A stretch of 64,000 nucleotides of DNA from Minisyncoccota bacterium. GTDB taxonomy: Bacteria > Patescibacteriota > Minisyncoccia > Phycocordibacterales > UBA5272. The position numbers and the translations under genes were made by a program. Each line of letters begins with the position of its first letter. Positions within the stretch are counted from its first letter, which is position 1. This document shows positions 23,228 through 32,935 of this stretch, one piece after another. Location: assembly GCA_046350775.1 (NCBI GenBank), contig JAXLZS010000001.1, positions 22,353 to 86,352 of the forward strand, written 5' to 3'. The notes beneath the pieces are model-generated. The model did not search any database and was not told where the DNA came from. It was given only the letters and a program-made list of their open reading frames with translations.

Positions 23228-23265
23228 TTAAAATATTATCAGTAATTAATAATTAAATTAAAATT

Positions 23266-23631
23266 ATGGAAAAATACGCAGACATGTTAAACAAAATCGA
23301 GGCTATGTCAGTACTCGAATTAAATGAATTAGTAAAAGCTATCGAAGAAAAATTCGGTGTTTCAGCAGCAGCTGTAGCAGCAGCTCCAGCTGGAGGTGCG
23401 GCAGCAGAAGCAGAAGAAAAGACATCTTTCACAGTACGTCTTGAGGCAGCAGGAGAAGGTAAAATCGCTGTTATGAAGGTAGTTAAAGAGTCATTAGGAC
23501 TTGGTCTAAAAGAGGCTAAAGATCTAGTTGATGGGGCTCCTGTCGATCTAAAGAAAGACATGAAGAAAGAAGAGGCTGAGAATTTCAAAAAAGCTCTAGA
23601 AGAAGCTGGAGCTACAGTAAAATTAGCTTAA
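23266..23631 (+). CDS. rplL: 50S ribosomal protein L7/L12
   Basis: N-terminal dimerisation helix ([18 protein letters not shown]), Ala/Pro/Glu hinge, C-terminal domain [56 protein letters not shown]. Confidence 0.95.
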   Translation: MEKYADMLNKIEAMSVLELNELVKAIEEKFGVSAAAVAAAPAGGAAAEAEEKTSFTVRLEAAGEGKIAVMKVVKESLGLGLKEAKDLVDGAPVDLKKDMKKEEAENFKKALEEAGATVKLA

Positions 23632-23651
23632 TTTCTTTAAAATAAAAAATA

Positions 23652-23676
23652 AAAACGACCTAACTAGGTCGTTTTT
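23652..23676 (+). terminator. Intrinsic terminator after rplL
   Basis: aaaacgacctaactaggtcgttttt: 9-bp stem plus T-run. Confidence 0.6.
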
Positions 23677-23768
23677 ATTTTGACATATTTTTTTATTGTG
23701 TAAATATTTAATTTTGAAAATTATTTTTATATAATTAATTTATTACATAATAAAATTATAAAAAATAT

Positions 23769-24401
23769 ATGTCATTAGGAGGAGTTCCAAACAAAGAGGT
23801 AGATCGAGAAATTAAAGAAAAAAGACAAGAAAGACTTAGTGAAATAAAAGATGAAGAAGAGAAAGAAGCAAAGCTTAGAGAGTTGAGCAAAAAATTCGAT
23901 GTGACAAATTCATCGGAAAAATCAGAAAATTCTAATGAATATCAGGAAAAATTTTCTAATTTTGTAAAAAGAGTAGATGATTTTTGTGATGGTCTTGTTA
24001 ATAAGAGTAGTCCTATAATTAAAGAAATGAAAAGAGAAATTATAGAGTTTTTTGACCCTTCATTACAAAATGGTGATACTAATAAAATAAACTCTTTTTA
24101 TAGAGAGCTAAAAAAAGATCTACTCAAAAATGCTGGTAGTGTTACAGAAAATGCAAAAAAAGAATTCAGAGAATATTTAGAATCTCTCAGTACAGAATCT
24201 AAAATACCTGACTTTTTAAGACAAGTAAACAATTTTTCTGAAAATATTGAAGATGAGATTAATAAAAGATTAGTAAGAAATCTTAATAATATTTTAATGG
24301 ATATAAATGCCAATCTAGGGACTTTATATGAAAATAAAGACCTTACAAAAGATCAAAAGTCTAAAAAAGTAATAGGGTATATAGATTCTTATATAGTTTA
24401 A
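23769..24401 (+). CDS. Hypothetical coiled-coil / charged protein
   Basis: 210 aa, Glu/Lys-rich with no TM segment; no family recognised. Confidence 0.45.
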   Translation: MSLGGVPNKEVDREIKEKRQERLSEIKDEEEKEAKLRELSKKFDVTNSSEKSENSNEYQEKFSNFVKRVDDFCDGLVNKSSPIIKEMKREIIEFFDPSLQNGDTNKINSFYRELKKDLLKNAGSVTENAKKEFREYLESLSTESKIPDFLRQVNNFSENIEDEINKRLVRNLNNILMDINANLGTLYENKDLTKDQKSKKVIGYIDSYIV

Positions 24402-24492
24402 TTATTTTATTTTTTATCTTATATTTTGGGTTCTTTTCTTTTAAATTTGAATATGTTAGTATTTTATATATAAAAATAAGCATTTTAAATAT

Positions 24493-25080
24493 ATGGACTC
24501 ACTTATAAAAATCTTTCAGTCAGGAAATGGTGAAATTAGATTAAAAATTCTCAGATTTTTTTTAGCAAATGCTGACAATTCTTTCAAAATGGACGAAATA
24601 GAAGAAAGAACTAAAATCAAAAGAGATAAAATTAAAAAAGAAGTGGCATTTTTATCTGGATCTAGCTTTTTGGATAGGGTGGTTGATGGTAAAGGCTATA
24701 GCAGTTTTAGATTGAATAATAATTTTGAGCACAAAGAGGCTTTGTATGATTTAGTTTTTGATTTTCAAAATATAAATAAAAAATTAATAATAGATAAACT
24801 TAAAAAGATCGGAAGAATCAAGCTACTGTATTTTACGGGTGTTTTTGTAAATGATGTTGATGCTGATATAGATATTGTGATAGTAGCTGATAATATGAAG
24901 CAAAAAGAAATCAATCGCGCCATTTCAGACCTCAATTCTATATTTGCCAATAAACTTCGATTACTCATAATGGATGTAGAAGAATTTGATTATAGATATA
25001 AGATGTTTGATAGATTTTTAAGATTGGTACTAGAAGGTAGAAAGATAGTGATAGTAGACAAACTCGCAGGTGAATTCTAA
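24493..25080 (+). CDS. Hypothetical protein with N-terminal wHTH-like region and possible minimal nucleotidyltransferase-like motif
   Basis: N-terminus GEIRLKILRFFLAN; the central FTGVFVNDVDADIDIVIV weakly resembles the hG[GS]...D.D pattern of minimal nucleotidyltransferases. Weak. Confidence 0.4.
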   Translation: MDSLIKIFQSGNGEIRLKILRFFLANADNSFKMDEIEERTKIKRDKIKKEVAFLSGSSFLDRVVDGKGYSSFRLNNNFEHKEALYDLVFDFQNINKKLIIDKLKKIGRIKLLYFTGVFVNDVDADIDIVIVADNMKQKEINRAISDLNSIFANKLRLLIMDVEEFDYRYKMFDRFLRLVLEGRKIVIVDKLAGEF

Positions 25081-25191
25081 GATTTTTTGTGGATAACAAT
25101 TTCTTGTTATTTTTTGAGATGCTATAATTTATATGTATAGGTGTTTTTGTTTATTACTTATTAAAATTAATTTTAAATTTAAATAAAAAAT

Positions 25192-25869
25192 ATGTTAGCA
25201 CAATATATTAATGTTTTAGGCCAAGAATTGATCGATGTGTCAGTTAGAGTTGTGGCTTTTCTTCCAAATTTTATTATTGGAATAATCATTCTTTTAGTTG
25301 GTTGGTTATTTGGTCTTGTACTAGGAAGAGCTACTAGTCACGTTTTTGATATTTTAAAAATAAATCATTTATTTGGAAAAATTGGTTTTTCTCATATTTC
25401 TAAAAAGACAGGACATGATGTCTCTGTTGGCAATTTCTTCGGAGCTCTAGTCAAATGGACTGTTATAGTAGGATTTACATTGGCAGCAGCAAATATTTTT
25501 GGTTTGTTTTATGTATCTTCATTCTTACTAAGTATTTTGAATTATTTGCCATCTGTATTTGTGGCTGGATTTATATTAATCATTGCAAATATTTTTGGAA
25601 ATTTAGCAGAGAAAGTGATAGACGGATCTGTGAGAGCAGCTGGATTTAGAGCTTCTTTTGCTGGATCTTTAGCGAAATACGCTATTATGTTTACAGGTAT
25701 TTTGGCTGCTTTAAATCAGCTTGATATAATGTCTGTATTCACAAATACTCTATTTATTGGAATCATAGCAGCATTAGCACTCGCTTTTGGATTAGCTTTT
25801 GGACTCGGCGGAAAAGAGGCTGCAGCTAGAGCTGTGGAAAAGATGGAAAGAGATTTTACAAAGAAATAA
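25192..25869 (+). CDS. Membrane protein with repeated conserved TM-helix motifs (MscS-related TM-helix family-like)
   Basis: Four to five TM helices with internal repeats (LAKYAIMFTGILAALNQL, FGALVKWTVIVGFTLAAANI). Confidence 0.5.
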   Translation: MLAQYINVLGQELIDVSVRVVAFLPNFIIGIIILLVGWLFGLVLGRATSHVFDILKINHLFGKIGFSHISKKTGHDVSVGNFFGALVKWTVIVGFTLAAANIFGLFYVSSFLLSILNYLPSVFVAGFILIIANIFGNLAEKVIDGSVRAAGFRASFAGSLAKYAIMFTGILAALNQLDIMSVFTNTLFIGIIAALALAFGLAFGLGGKEAAARAVEKMERDFTKK

Positions 25870-25923
25870 TTGAAGTGATTTAAAATATAAGATTTAAAAT
25901 TAATTTGAAAAAATACTGTCTTT

Positions 25924-26781
25924 TTGGCGGTATTTTTTTACTTATATAAATATGTTAAAATAATAGTAAATTATATGAATAGTACTTGGCGTCAAAGAAG
26001 GAAAAATACTTTTATTTTAATAATCCTCATTTTAGTTTTAGCTTATTCTGGATACAAAATATATCCATATTTAAATCCTGTCCCAACTTGTTTTGATAAA
26101 AAGCAAAATGGTGATGAGCTTGGGGTGGATTGTGGAGGATCTTGTCAGGCTGTTTGTCCTACTCAAGTCGCAGCTTTTAATATTAAATTCGCAAAAGCCA
26201 TAAAAACAGAAGATGGTCTTTATGACTTGGTAGCCTTAGTAGAAAATAAGAACAGTGATAAAAATACAGTTGATGGTAGTGTGGATTATATTTTCAATAT
26301 TTACGATAAAGCAGGATCTGTTATAAAGACGGTCACAGGCACGACAAGTCTTTTACTTGGTCAGACATTTCCTGTAATTGTCCAAAATACTCCCATAGAT
26401 CTTGGTAGTTCTGGTAATGATATAGGTCAGGTATCGTTTCAAATAAAAGACAATAATAAATCTTGGAAAAATGAAAATTCTGTATATGCTAGTAGTTTTT
26501 TTAATGTTTACGATACCAGATTTGACCAAAACAAAAACGATATCTCTCAATTAAATGTCACTTTACAAAATCTGACCGCTGCTACCTTTAGAAATTTTCC
26601 AGTCCGTGTCATGCTTTATGATGATAAAAATAATCTAATAGGTGTCAATGAGACAATAGTAAAAGAATTTGGCCCAAGAGAAATGAAAAATGTTATTTTT
26701 ACTTGGCGTAATCCTTTAAACTCTGATAATCCAAAAGTAAATGTTTATGAGATAATTACACCATTTACGGTTATAAAATAA
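25924..26781 (+). CDS. Hypothetical membrane-anchored extracytoplasmic protein
   Basis: Probable start at MNSTWRQRRK (about 25975). Single TM helix, then a Cys-cluster (GVDCGGSCQAVCP) and a beta-rich domain. Confidence 0.45.
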   Translation: MAVFFYLYKYVKIIVNYMNSTWRQRRKNTFILIILILVLAYSGYKIYPYLNPVPTCFDKKQNGDELGVDCGGSCQAVCPTQVAAFNIKFAKAIKTEDGLYDLVALVENKNSDKNTVDGSVDYIFNIYDKAGSVIKTVTGTTSLLLGQTFPVIVQNTPIDLGSSGNDIGQVSFQIKDNNKSWKNENSVYASSFFNVYDTRFDQNKNDISQLNVTLQNLTAATFRNFPVRVMLYDDKNNLIGVNETIVKEFGPREMKNVIFTWRNPLNSDNPKVNVYEIITPFTVIK

Positions 26782-26786
26782 ATACA

Positions 26787-27938
26787 ATGGTAGACTTAGA
26801 AAGATTTAAATTAAATTTTCTCAATATAATAAAAAATATAGACTGGACTATCTTGTCCATTATTTCTACTTTAATGATATTTGGCCTTGTGACCATGTCT
26901 TCTCTTGATGCTGGAGACAACATATTTTGGAAACAGATAATACTTATATCTATAGCTATTGTTTCTTTTGTAGTATTTTCTTTTGTTGATTATAGATTTT
27001 TAAAAAATTCTTACATTGTGGTCATATTGTATATTTTATTAGTCGCTTTTTTGGTTGCTATATTTATTTTTGGCCATATCGCAAAGGGTGGTGCTAGATG
27101 GTTTAATTTTGGTTCTTTCTTTTTTGGCCCTAGCGAGCCAATGAAGCTTGTATTGATTATTTTATTAGCTAAATTTTTCTCCAAGCGTCACGTAGCTATT
27201 GCTAACCTGAGAAATATAATAATATCTATAGTTTATCTGTCTATACCGGCTGTACTTGTCATGCTTCAGCCAGATCTTAGTACGTCCATAATTCTTTGCT
27301 CTATTTGGTTTGGTATGGTACTGGTATCTGGTCTTTCAAAAAAGCATCTTTTTGCATTTTTGATAATAGGTATGACTTTAGCTTTGATAGCTTGGAATTT
27401 TTATTTGCATGATTATCAGAAAAATAGAATTTTAACTTTTGTGAATCCTGGTTATGATATTCACGGTACTGGATGGAATGCTTATCAATCAATAGTTGCT
27501 GTAGGGTCTGGAGGTGTGCTTGGAAAAGGTGTGGGCTATGGCACTCAATCTAGATTGGGATTTTTACCAGAGCATGAGACAGACTTCATTTTTGCATCAT
27601 TTTTAGAGGAGTGGGGGATGATAGGAGGCATGATTGTATTTGGTTTATTTTTTATTTTGATACTTAATTTATCAAATAAAAGCTCAAAAGCTAATTCTAA
27701 TTTCGAGACTTTATTTATCTTAGGTGTGTCAATTTGGTTTTTGGTACAACTTTCCATGAATATGGGCATGAATATTGGTCTTGTGCCAGTCACTGGCGTC
27801 CCTCTCCCATTTATGAGTCATGGAGGATCTCATCTCATTATAGAGAGTATTGCTCTTGGGATCTGTGTTGGTATGAGTAGATATGGTCGCGCCACTCATT
27901 CTTCGAGATTCAAAAATGAGTTTTTAGGATTGGAATAG
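26787..27938 (+). CDS. ftsW: SEDS-family peptidoglycan glycosyltransferase FtsW/RodA
   Basis: About 10 TM helices; conserved SEDS segments (QPDLSTSIIL, DFIFASFLEEWGMIGGMIVFGLFF, GVPLPFMSHGGSHL). Confidence 0.85.
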   Translation: MVDLERFKLNFLNIIKNIDWTILSIISTLMIFGLVTMSSLDAGDNIFWKQIILISIAIVSFVVFSFVDYRFLKNSYIVVILYILLVAFLVAIFIFGHIAKGGARWFNFGSFFFGPSEPMKLVLIILLAKFFSKRHVAIANLRNIIISIVYLSIPAVLVMLQPDLSTSIILCSIWFGMVLVSGLSKKHLFAFLIIGMTLALIAWNFYLHDYQKNRILTFVNPGYDIHGTGWNAYQSIVAVGSGGVLGKGVGYGTQSRLGFLPEHETDFIFASFLEEWGMIGGMIVFGLFFILILNLSNKSSKANSNFETLFILGVSIWFLVQLSMNMGMNIGLVPVTGVPLPFMSHGGSHLIIESIALGICVGMSRYGRATHSSRFKNEFLGLE

Positions 27939-27991
27939 TATTTATTTTATAATAGGTTTTAAGTGTGTTATTATTAAAATAATCATATTTT

Positions 27992-29254
27992 ATGGATAGA
28001 TTAATCAAAAAATATAAGCCAAGATACCAAGCTTTTTTAAGTGAGAAATTTAGTAATGACGGCTCTGGCTGGCTCATGCTTCAACAACTTATTATAGCTC
28101 CGATGTCTCTAATAACAACTGTCCTTTTAGCTAGAATTTTATCAATTTCCGATTATGGGTATTATAAATACGTATTATCTATGTATGCTATCATTTCTTT
28201 ATTTGGATTTGGTGGTATATACAATATTACTATAATGAATATTCAGAGAGGCGAGGATCATTTCTTTTCTTTAGGATTTAAATATAAAAAGATACTAAGA
28301 TGGATTCCTTCTATAATATCTTTATTTGTGGCTATTTATTATTTTTACAATGGTAATAATTTTTTAGCTATATTTTTTATATTAGCAATTTTTTCTTACT
28401 TGATAGTAGATACTTATGATTTTTATTTAGTAGCTTTGCAAGGGAAAGGTAATTTTAAATTAAATGCTTTATTAGGTATTTTTTATTATTTTATTTCTTT
28501 TTTTCCTCCTATTATTACAGCTTATTTTACACATAATTTATATTTAGTATTTATTACGATGTATGTTTGCCAGGGACTATTTAGAATTTTTGGATTTAAT
28601 TATGTCAAAAGAAAAAATTTAATACATAATAAAAATGAAGAAAAATTAACAGATGGTGAAATAAAAAAATGGGGAAAAGAAAGTCTGTCACTTTCATTTA
28701 ATAGTGCTTTAAATAGTTTGGGTGGCAATGTTAGCAGTGTAGTGGTTTTTAATAGGCTTGGTGCAATTAATAATGCTATTTATTCTTTAGCTCTAGCTTT
28801 AGTCGATTTTGTAAGTGGAATAATCATTAGTACTTTTTCTAAATCCTTACTTGTCTTATCACATATGTCTAAAGAAAATATGGGTGATAATTATAAGATA
28901 CATTATATTAAATCTCTATTTAAAAAGTATTTTGTCTTAGCTCTTTTAGCAACTCTGTGTAGCATGTTAGCATTACCTTTTATTTATAAATTCTTATTTG
29001 CTAAATACTTATTCTCTTATAAATACGCCGTAGTTTATTCGTTATCTTTATTAGCTTTAACATTTGCTCCGGCTCTATATTTTTTTACAGAAAAAAGAAA
29101 ATTTAAAATAATGAACACCGTACAAATAATAGTTCTTCTTTTAAATATCACATCCATATTCTTTGCGGCTATGTATTTCGGAGTCTGGGGAGCAATAATT
29201 GTGGCTATAAGTATAAAGTTTTTAGGTAATTTTATATATACAACTTTATTATAA
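27992..29254 (+). CDS. Polysaccharide biosynthesis flippase (Wzx/MOP-superfamily-like)
   Basis: 420 aa with about 12 predicted TM helices; first gene of the glycopolymer locus. Confidence 0.6.
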   Translation: MDRLIKKYKPRYQAFLSEKFSNDGSGWLMLQQLIIAPMSLITTVLLARILSISDYGYYKYVLSMYAIISLFGFGGIYNITIMNIQRGEDHFFSLGFKYKKILRWIPSIISLFVAIYYFYNGNNFLAIFFILAIFSYLIVDTYDFYLVALQGKGNFKLNALLGIFYYFISFFPPIITAYFTHNLYLVFITMYVCQGLFRIFGFNYVKRKNLIHNKNEEKLTDGEIKKWGKESLSLSFNSALNSLGGNVSSVVVFNRLGAINNAIYSLALALVDFVSGIIISTFSKSLLVLSHMSKENMGDNYKIHYIKSLFKKYFVLALLATLCSMLALPFIYKFLFAKYLFSYKYAVVYSLSLLALTFAPALYFFTEKRKFKIMNTVQIIVLLLNITSIFFAAMYFGVWGAIIVAISIKFLGNFIYTTLL

Positions 29255-29258
29255 TATT

Positions 29259-30311
29259 ATGATAGATTCTGCAGAAATAACAGTTATAATAAAAGGTTTA
29301 ATCGTTGGTAATAGTCATGATAAGTATTCAGACAGATACACCCATCAGACTATAAAAAGTATAAGAAAATATCTTCCTAAATCTAAAATCATCTTATCTA
29401 CTTGGGTGGGGAGTGATGTATTAGATTTGAATCCAGATGAGATCATCTTCAATAAAGATCCTGGTAGATTAGAAATGCTTTCATTTGATCAAAAAATAAT
29501 TTCACACATATCTATAAATAATCAAATTATAACATCTAGTAAAGGTTTGGAAAAAGTAGAGACTAAATATTCTCTAATAATTCGTAGTGATATGATTTTG
29601 ACTGGAGTTGGATTTTTAAAATATTTTTTAAAATATAATAAGCATTCTTTTGTTGGTTATCTAGATAAAAAAATTGTTGTTTTACCAACTTATAGTCCAA
29701 CTAGACTCATTAAATATAAAAACTTTTTTAATAATTTTGATTGGCTTGTTTTTGATAAAAATTTTTATAATGTTTCAGACTGGGTATATTTTGGTCTAAC
29801 AAAAGATCTCAAAAATATATTTTCTATTTCACTTGTAGATGAGGATAGATTAAGAGGTGAAAAAATTAACGGACATTATTTAGTGTCTGAGAATTTAAGT
29901 CCAGAGCAATATATCTGGGTTAGCTTTCTTCAAAAATATGAATATATTGATGTATCTCATATTAATTATTTTTCAGAAGAGAGGAGTAATAAGTCAGAAG
30001 AATCGTACGCAAAAAATACTATAATGATCTCAGCCAACAAATTTGGTGTTAGATCTCTAAAATATCCAGGTTCTGCTTATGGTGCCAGACCATGGACAAG
30101 CAGAGGGTTTTATACAATGTCAGAATACAATAAAATATATAATAAATATAATAAAGATAAAATCTTTTATATAAGAAATTATCTTGAAGAATTCATCTAC
30201 TATATACAAATAAACTTGAGATTTTTTGTGAGAAGTGGTAATAAAAAATTATACAAAAATATAGTTAATGTTATACGCGGTTTTAATGGTAATAAGGACT
30301 TGTTAAAATGA
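29259..30311 (+). CDS. Unknown-family protein, paralog A (putative polymer-modifying transferase)
   Basis: 350 aa with clear paralogy to 32932..33954. Shared blocks: KDRYT...K.IR.Y.P.S.IILSTW.GSDV, KYS.K.RSD, DW.YFGLTKDL, S.EQYIW..FL.KY, LKYPG.AY, NLRF..KS.NKK.YK. Confidence 0.6.
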   Translation: MIDSAEITVIIKGLIVGNSHDKYSDRYTHQTIKSIRKYLPKSKIILSTWVGSDVLDLNPDEIIFNKDPGRLEMLSFDQKIISHISINNQIITSSKGLEKVETKYSLIIRSDMILTGVGFLKYFLKYNKHSFVGYLDKKIVVLPTYSPTRLIKYKNFFNNFDWLVFDKNFYNVSDWVYFGLTKDLKNIFSISLVDEDRLRGEKINGHYLVSENLSPEQYIWVSFLQKYEYIDVSHINYFSEERSNKSEESYAKNTIMISANKFGVRSLKYPGSAYGARPWTSRGFYTMSEYNKIYNKYNKDKIFYIRNYLEEFIYYIQINLRFFVRSGNKKLYKNIVNVIRGFNGNKDLLK

Positions 30312-30353
30312 TTTACTTTGATTTTCAAATTATGATATATTTATCATATTATT

Positions 30354-30983
30354 ATGCAAACTAAAATCAAAGCCATATTGTTTGACTTAGACGGAGTATT
30401 AGTAAACATGCCAGAAGCTCACTATATAGCATTAAATCGCGCATTGGAGCTTTTTGGTGCGCATATAGATGAAGATGAACATCAACAATATTTCAATGGT
30501 TTACCGACTCGTAAGAAAGTAGCGGCACTCGAAGAAATGGAGCGTCTACCAATAGGATTGCTTGAATTTATTAACGAGATAAAGCAAAAATATACTCACG
30601 AGCTTATACCAAAATATTGTGTTCCTGAGCATTCAAAGATAATACTTATGCGCCACCTTAAAGATAGTGGACTATTATTAGCTTGTTGCTCTAATTCTGT
30701 TAAAGAAACATTACATCCGATGCTTCGCTCAGCTGGATTATTTGATTATATGGATTTGATTGTTGGCAACGATGAAGTTACAAAACCTAAACCAGATCCA
30801 GAGATTTACATTCACGCTATGAAAAGATTATCTTTAACTCCAGAAGAAGTTATTATTGTAGAAGATTCTCCTCATGGTATAGAGGCTGGACGGGCAAGTG
30901 GTGCAGAGGTACGTATTGTCCGTGGAGTGGAAGATGTGAATATTAGTTTATTTAATGATATTTTAAATTATGAAAAAATATAA
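30354..30983 (+). CDS. HAD-superfamily hydrolase (phosphatase / beta-phosphoglucomutase-like)
   Basis: Motif I ILFDLDGVLV, motif III KPKPDP, motif IV VIIVEDSPHGIEAGRASGA. Confidence 0.8.
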   Translation: MQTKIKAILFDLDGVLVNMPEAHYIALNRALELFGAHIDEDEHQQYFNGLPTRKKVAALEEMERLPIGLLEFINEIKQKYTHELIPKYCVPEHSKIILMRHLKDSGLLLACCSNSVKETLHPMLRSAGLFDYMDLIVGNDEVTKPKPDPEIYIHAMKRLSLTPEEVIIVEDSPHGIEAGRASGAEVRIVRGVEDVNISLFNDILNYEKI

Positions 30984-31302
30984 TCTAGATTTGTTTACTC
31001 GTGGTTGGATAGTGGGAGATTTTGAGCCAAATATCTTAAAGACAAAAGATTTTGAATTCATGGTACGCTCTTATAAAGAGGGAGATTCTGAGGAGAAGCA
31101 TGAACATAGAGTGGCTGATGAAATAACCGTCATCGTGTCTGGAAAATTTATTATGAATAATGAGGTTTTACAAGCTGGAGATATCGTGCATTTACCTCCT
31201 GGCACACCGGCTGATTTTATGTGTCTTATAGATGGGGCTACAGCAGTTATCAAGACACCATCAGTAAAAGGTGACAAATATATTGTCCAAAATGGAAGTT
31301 AA
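30970..31302 (+). CDS. Small cupin-fold protein
   Basis: 110 aa with two His-containing beta-barrel motifs (EEKHEHRVADEITVIVSGKF ... GDIVHLPPG). Confidence 0.4.
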   Translation: MKKYNLDLFTRGWIVGDFEPNILKTKDFEFMVRSYKEGDSEEKHEHRVADEITVIVSGKFIMNNEVLQAGDIVHLPPGTPADFMCLIDGATAVIKTPSVKGDKYIVQNGS

Positions 31303-32147
31303 AGTAATTTTTTTACTTTGTCTGGATAATCTGTACATAGACCATCTGGGTTAAGAGTAATTATTTTTTTGATTCGTCTTATTAATTTTTTCTCACTTAT
31401 AGCATCTTGATGAGATTCTCCTCCGTAAAGTCCTGGTGAGCTAAAATGCAATTCTGGAGTTACTAGAAATATTTTTAGAGAGACAGACCTGCAGGTATCA
31501 AAAATTTCTTTGGTATAAAGAGTCTTACTGATTCCATTTTTATCTAGAATGTCCCACTCGTCTAGCCATACGCCATAAAATAGATTTTTATTTTCCAAGA
31601 CATCTTTAATATTCCATAATGTGCCTCCAACTAATTTATTATAGCGTTCTATATCGTATGGGTGTGCGACAGATGGGGCTAATTGTATATTTGGCAGGGC
31701 ATTTTTTAGATAAATTGCAGTATCTTTTAACACATCGAAAACAATAATCTTATTGAGATCTGTATATTTCAGTTCACTTACAAGTATATCTAAAGTCTCT
31801 CTGTCTTGTGTAGAAGATTTTAAATGTAATGCGGATATAGATTTTGGTGTTGAAAAGAGTTTGATTATATTTAAAATTTGTGAAAGTTCCGTGATCTTAC
31901 TGTTACTTATATTAATATTTAATATTTCATTAAGCTTCAAATCTTTAATCGATCTGGTATCTTTACCTTCAGTTATTCTTGTTAAATTATCATCATGAAT
32001 AACCACAAGTCTGCCATCTTTAGTTTTTCTTATATCAAATTCTATACCGTATCCACGTTTTAGATGATCTAAGAAAACATAAAAAGAGCTCTCGGTATAA
32101 TTATTTCTCTCTGGATCTAGTCCTCTATGGGTTATTATTGTGGTCAT
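31299..32147 (-). CDS. Glycerophosphodiester phosphodiesterase (GDPD family)
   Basis: N-terminal HRG...E(N)T..SF...G...EFDIRKTKDGRLVVIHDDNLTRI, the GDPD catalytic signature. Confidence 0.85.
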   Translation of the reverse strand: MTTIITHRGLDPERNNYTESSFYVFLDHLKRGYGIEFDIRKTKDGRLVVIHDDNLTRITEGKDTRSIKDLKLNEILNINISNSKITELSQILNIIKLFSTPKSISALHLKSSTQDRETLDILVSELKYTDLNKIIVFDVLKDTAIYLKNALPNIQLAPSVAHPYDIERYNKLVGGTLWNIKDVLENKNLFYGVWLDEWDILDKNGISKTLYTKEIFDTCRSVSLKIFLVTPELHFSSPGLYGGESHQDAISEKKLIRRIKKIITLNPDGLCTDYPDKVKKLL

Positions 32148-32173
32148 TCTTTGTATATGATATACTATATCAC

Positions 32174-32935
32174 ATGTTGAATATTATAATACCTATGGCT
32201 GGCCGTGGTTCTCGTTTTGTGAGTGCGGGTTACACATTCCCTAAACCTTTAATAGATGTTGCCGGTATGACTATGATTGAGGTGGTTATAAAAAATCTTC
32301 ACCCTAAAAAGGTGAAGGATTTTCGTTTTATATTTATTTGTCAGAGGGAACATTATGAACAGTATGATCTATATAATATTTTTAGAAATGCTGTAGGTGG
32401 GGATAATTTTGAAGTTGTAAAACTGAATGGAGTGACCGCTGGAGCGGCATGTACAGTCTTGACCGCAAAATTTTTTATTAATAATCAAGATGATATTTTA
32501 ATAGCAAATTCCGATCAGTATGTAGATTTTTTAGTAGATGACTTTATTAAAAAAGGCCGTGAAGGTAATAAAGATGGTCTCATTCAGACTTTCGAAGCTT
32601 CTCATCCTAAATGGAGCTATGTTCGTATTGATAAGAATGGAAAAGTACTCGAGACTGCTGAGAAGAAATTGATATCAAACAAAGCAACTACTGGTTTATA
32701 TTATTTTAAATCTGGTTCTGATTTTGTTCGGGCCACAGAAGCGATGATCAAAAAAGATTGTAGATATAATGGGGAGTTTTATGTCTGCCCAGTTTACAAT
32801 GAGCTTATTATAGAAGGAAAAGATATTTTTATTGATGATATTACGATCGAAAAAATGCATGGGCTAGGCACACCAGAAGATTTAAAAAAATTTCTTGAGT
32901 GTCTCAATAGTGGACAGATAAAACTCAACTCATGA
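32174..32935 (+). CDS. Sugar/alcohol-phosphate nucleotidyltransferase (LicC/TarI/RmlA-like NTP-transferase fold)
   Basis: Begins MLNIIIPMAGRGSRF...PKPLIDVAGMTMIE (the G.G.R nucleotide-binding loop). The six-frame ORF at 32138 is a TTG-extended version that would overlap the convergent GDPD gene. Confidence 0.75.
   Translation: MLNIIIPMAGRGSRFVSAGYTFPKPLIDVAGMTMIEVVIKNLHPKKVKDFRFIFICQREHYEQYDLYNIFRNAVGGDNFEVVKLNGVTAGAACTVLTAKFFINNQDDILIANSDQYVDFLVDDFIKKGREGNKDGLIQTFEASHPKWSYVRIDKNGKVLETAEKKLISNKATTGLYYFKSGSDFVRATEAMIKKDCRYNGEFYVCPVYNELIIEGKDIFIDDITIEKMHGLGTPEDLKKFLECLNSGQIKLNS

Noticed and set aside
25089-25097. Perfect DnaA box TGTGGATAA downstream of gene 24493..25080
   Set aside because: Single isolated copy with no clustered boxes, AT-rich DUE arrangement or dnaA nearby; insufficient for an oriC call.
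32138-32173. TTG/GTG-extended N-termini reported in the ORF track (32138, 36183, 42660, 51929)
   Set aside because: Each extension would create overlap with a convergent or divergent neighbouring gene or with a terminator hairpin. In-frame ATGs with sensible N-termini exist shortly downstream (32174, 36273, 42726, 51983).
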